A program made the position numbers and the translations under genes. Below, piece by piece: positions 63,606-64,000 of a DNA stretch of 64,000 nt. This stretch comes from Mustelus asterias. Lineage: Eukaryota. Every line of letters starts with the position of its first letter. Position 1 is the stretch's first letter. A model generated the notes under the pieces. It worked only from the letters and a program-made list of their open reading frames with translations, did no database searches and was not told the DNA's origin. The stretch lies in the NCBI RefSeq assembly GCF_964213995.1, contig NC_135812.1, positions 34,534,001 to 34,598,000 of the forward strand, written 5' to 3'.

Positions 63606-64000
63606 AGCAGTGACTCCTTGATCAGCAGTGTGTGATCAAGCATTTTAAACCGCATTCCTTTTGAAGGAAAACTTCTCTGCAACGATGCGAGAATGATTTA
63701 TTTTTCTTTGGATGGTTATTCTGGTGAAATTGGTTTGTGTGCGTACACTCCTCGAACCTCCCGGCTGCTAATTCCAAAACCATTGTGCCCCATGTGTGTA
63801 TCCAACAAGAGGCTAAAGCTGCAATGTGTGCCGAAAACCTCAACGTCAGATGATGCCTTCAGGCAAACACCTTCCAAAGGTTCTATGCCTGCAAGCAATA
63901 TTTCATATTTTCACCCCCTTTTTCACCGTTGCGGAGTCCTTAGGAAGAGACAGCAAGGCTGAGTCAGAAACCTTTCAGGAGCAGAACCGCACAGTGCGTT

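Overview
Repeat-rich vertebrate genomic DNA, almost certainly from a shark or other elasmobranch. This is inferred from about 11 copies of an HE1-type V-SINE and its partner CR1/HER1-type LINEs. No intact host gene was found. The + strand carries scattered GT-AG exons of an animal heme peroxidase of the MPO/EPX/TPO family: a propeptide exon (18669-18762), a 'CNNR' exon (24596-24728), a 'RFWWEN' exon (27014-27219) and a TPO-like sushi/CCP exon (30154-30314). It looks like a pseudogene: in-frame TGA at 24688, a 1-nt frameshift in the sushi exon, and no visible catalytic-core exons. The rest is CR1, Rex1/Babar, L2/Crack-like and Penelope fragments, two SINE families, PIF/Harbinger-type MITEs and two Harbinger Myb/SANT remnants, plus a nested Gypsy LTR element (33575-38485, -). 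Four things stand out. (1) An 8.7-kb 16-bp satellite (46299-55020) appears to have grown out of, and split, the Myb/SANT coding exon of a Harbinger element. (2) The Gypsy PBS position is not tRNA-like; it is a perfect 15-nt complement of the poly(A)-signal region of its own LTR. (3) The same Gypsy has an array of YY1 motifs in its gag-protease linker. (4) Penelope remnants carry hammerhead ribozyme cores. All family assignments come from motif recognition by eye, not from database searches, and TE boundaries are approximate unless stated otherwise.
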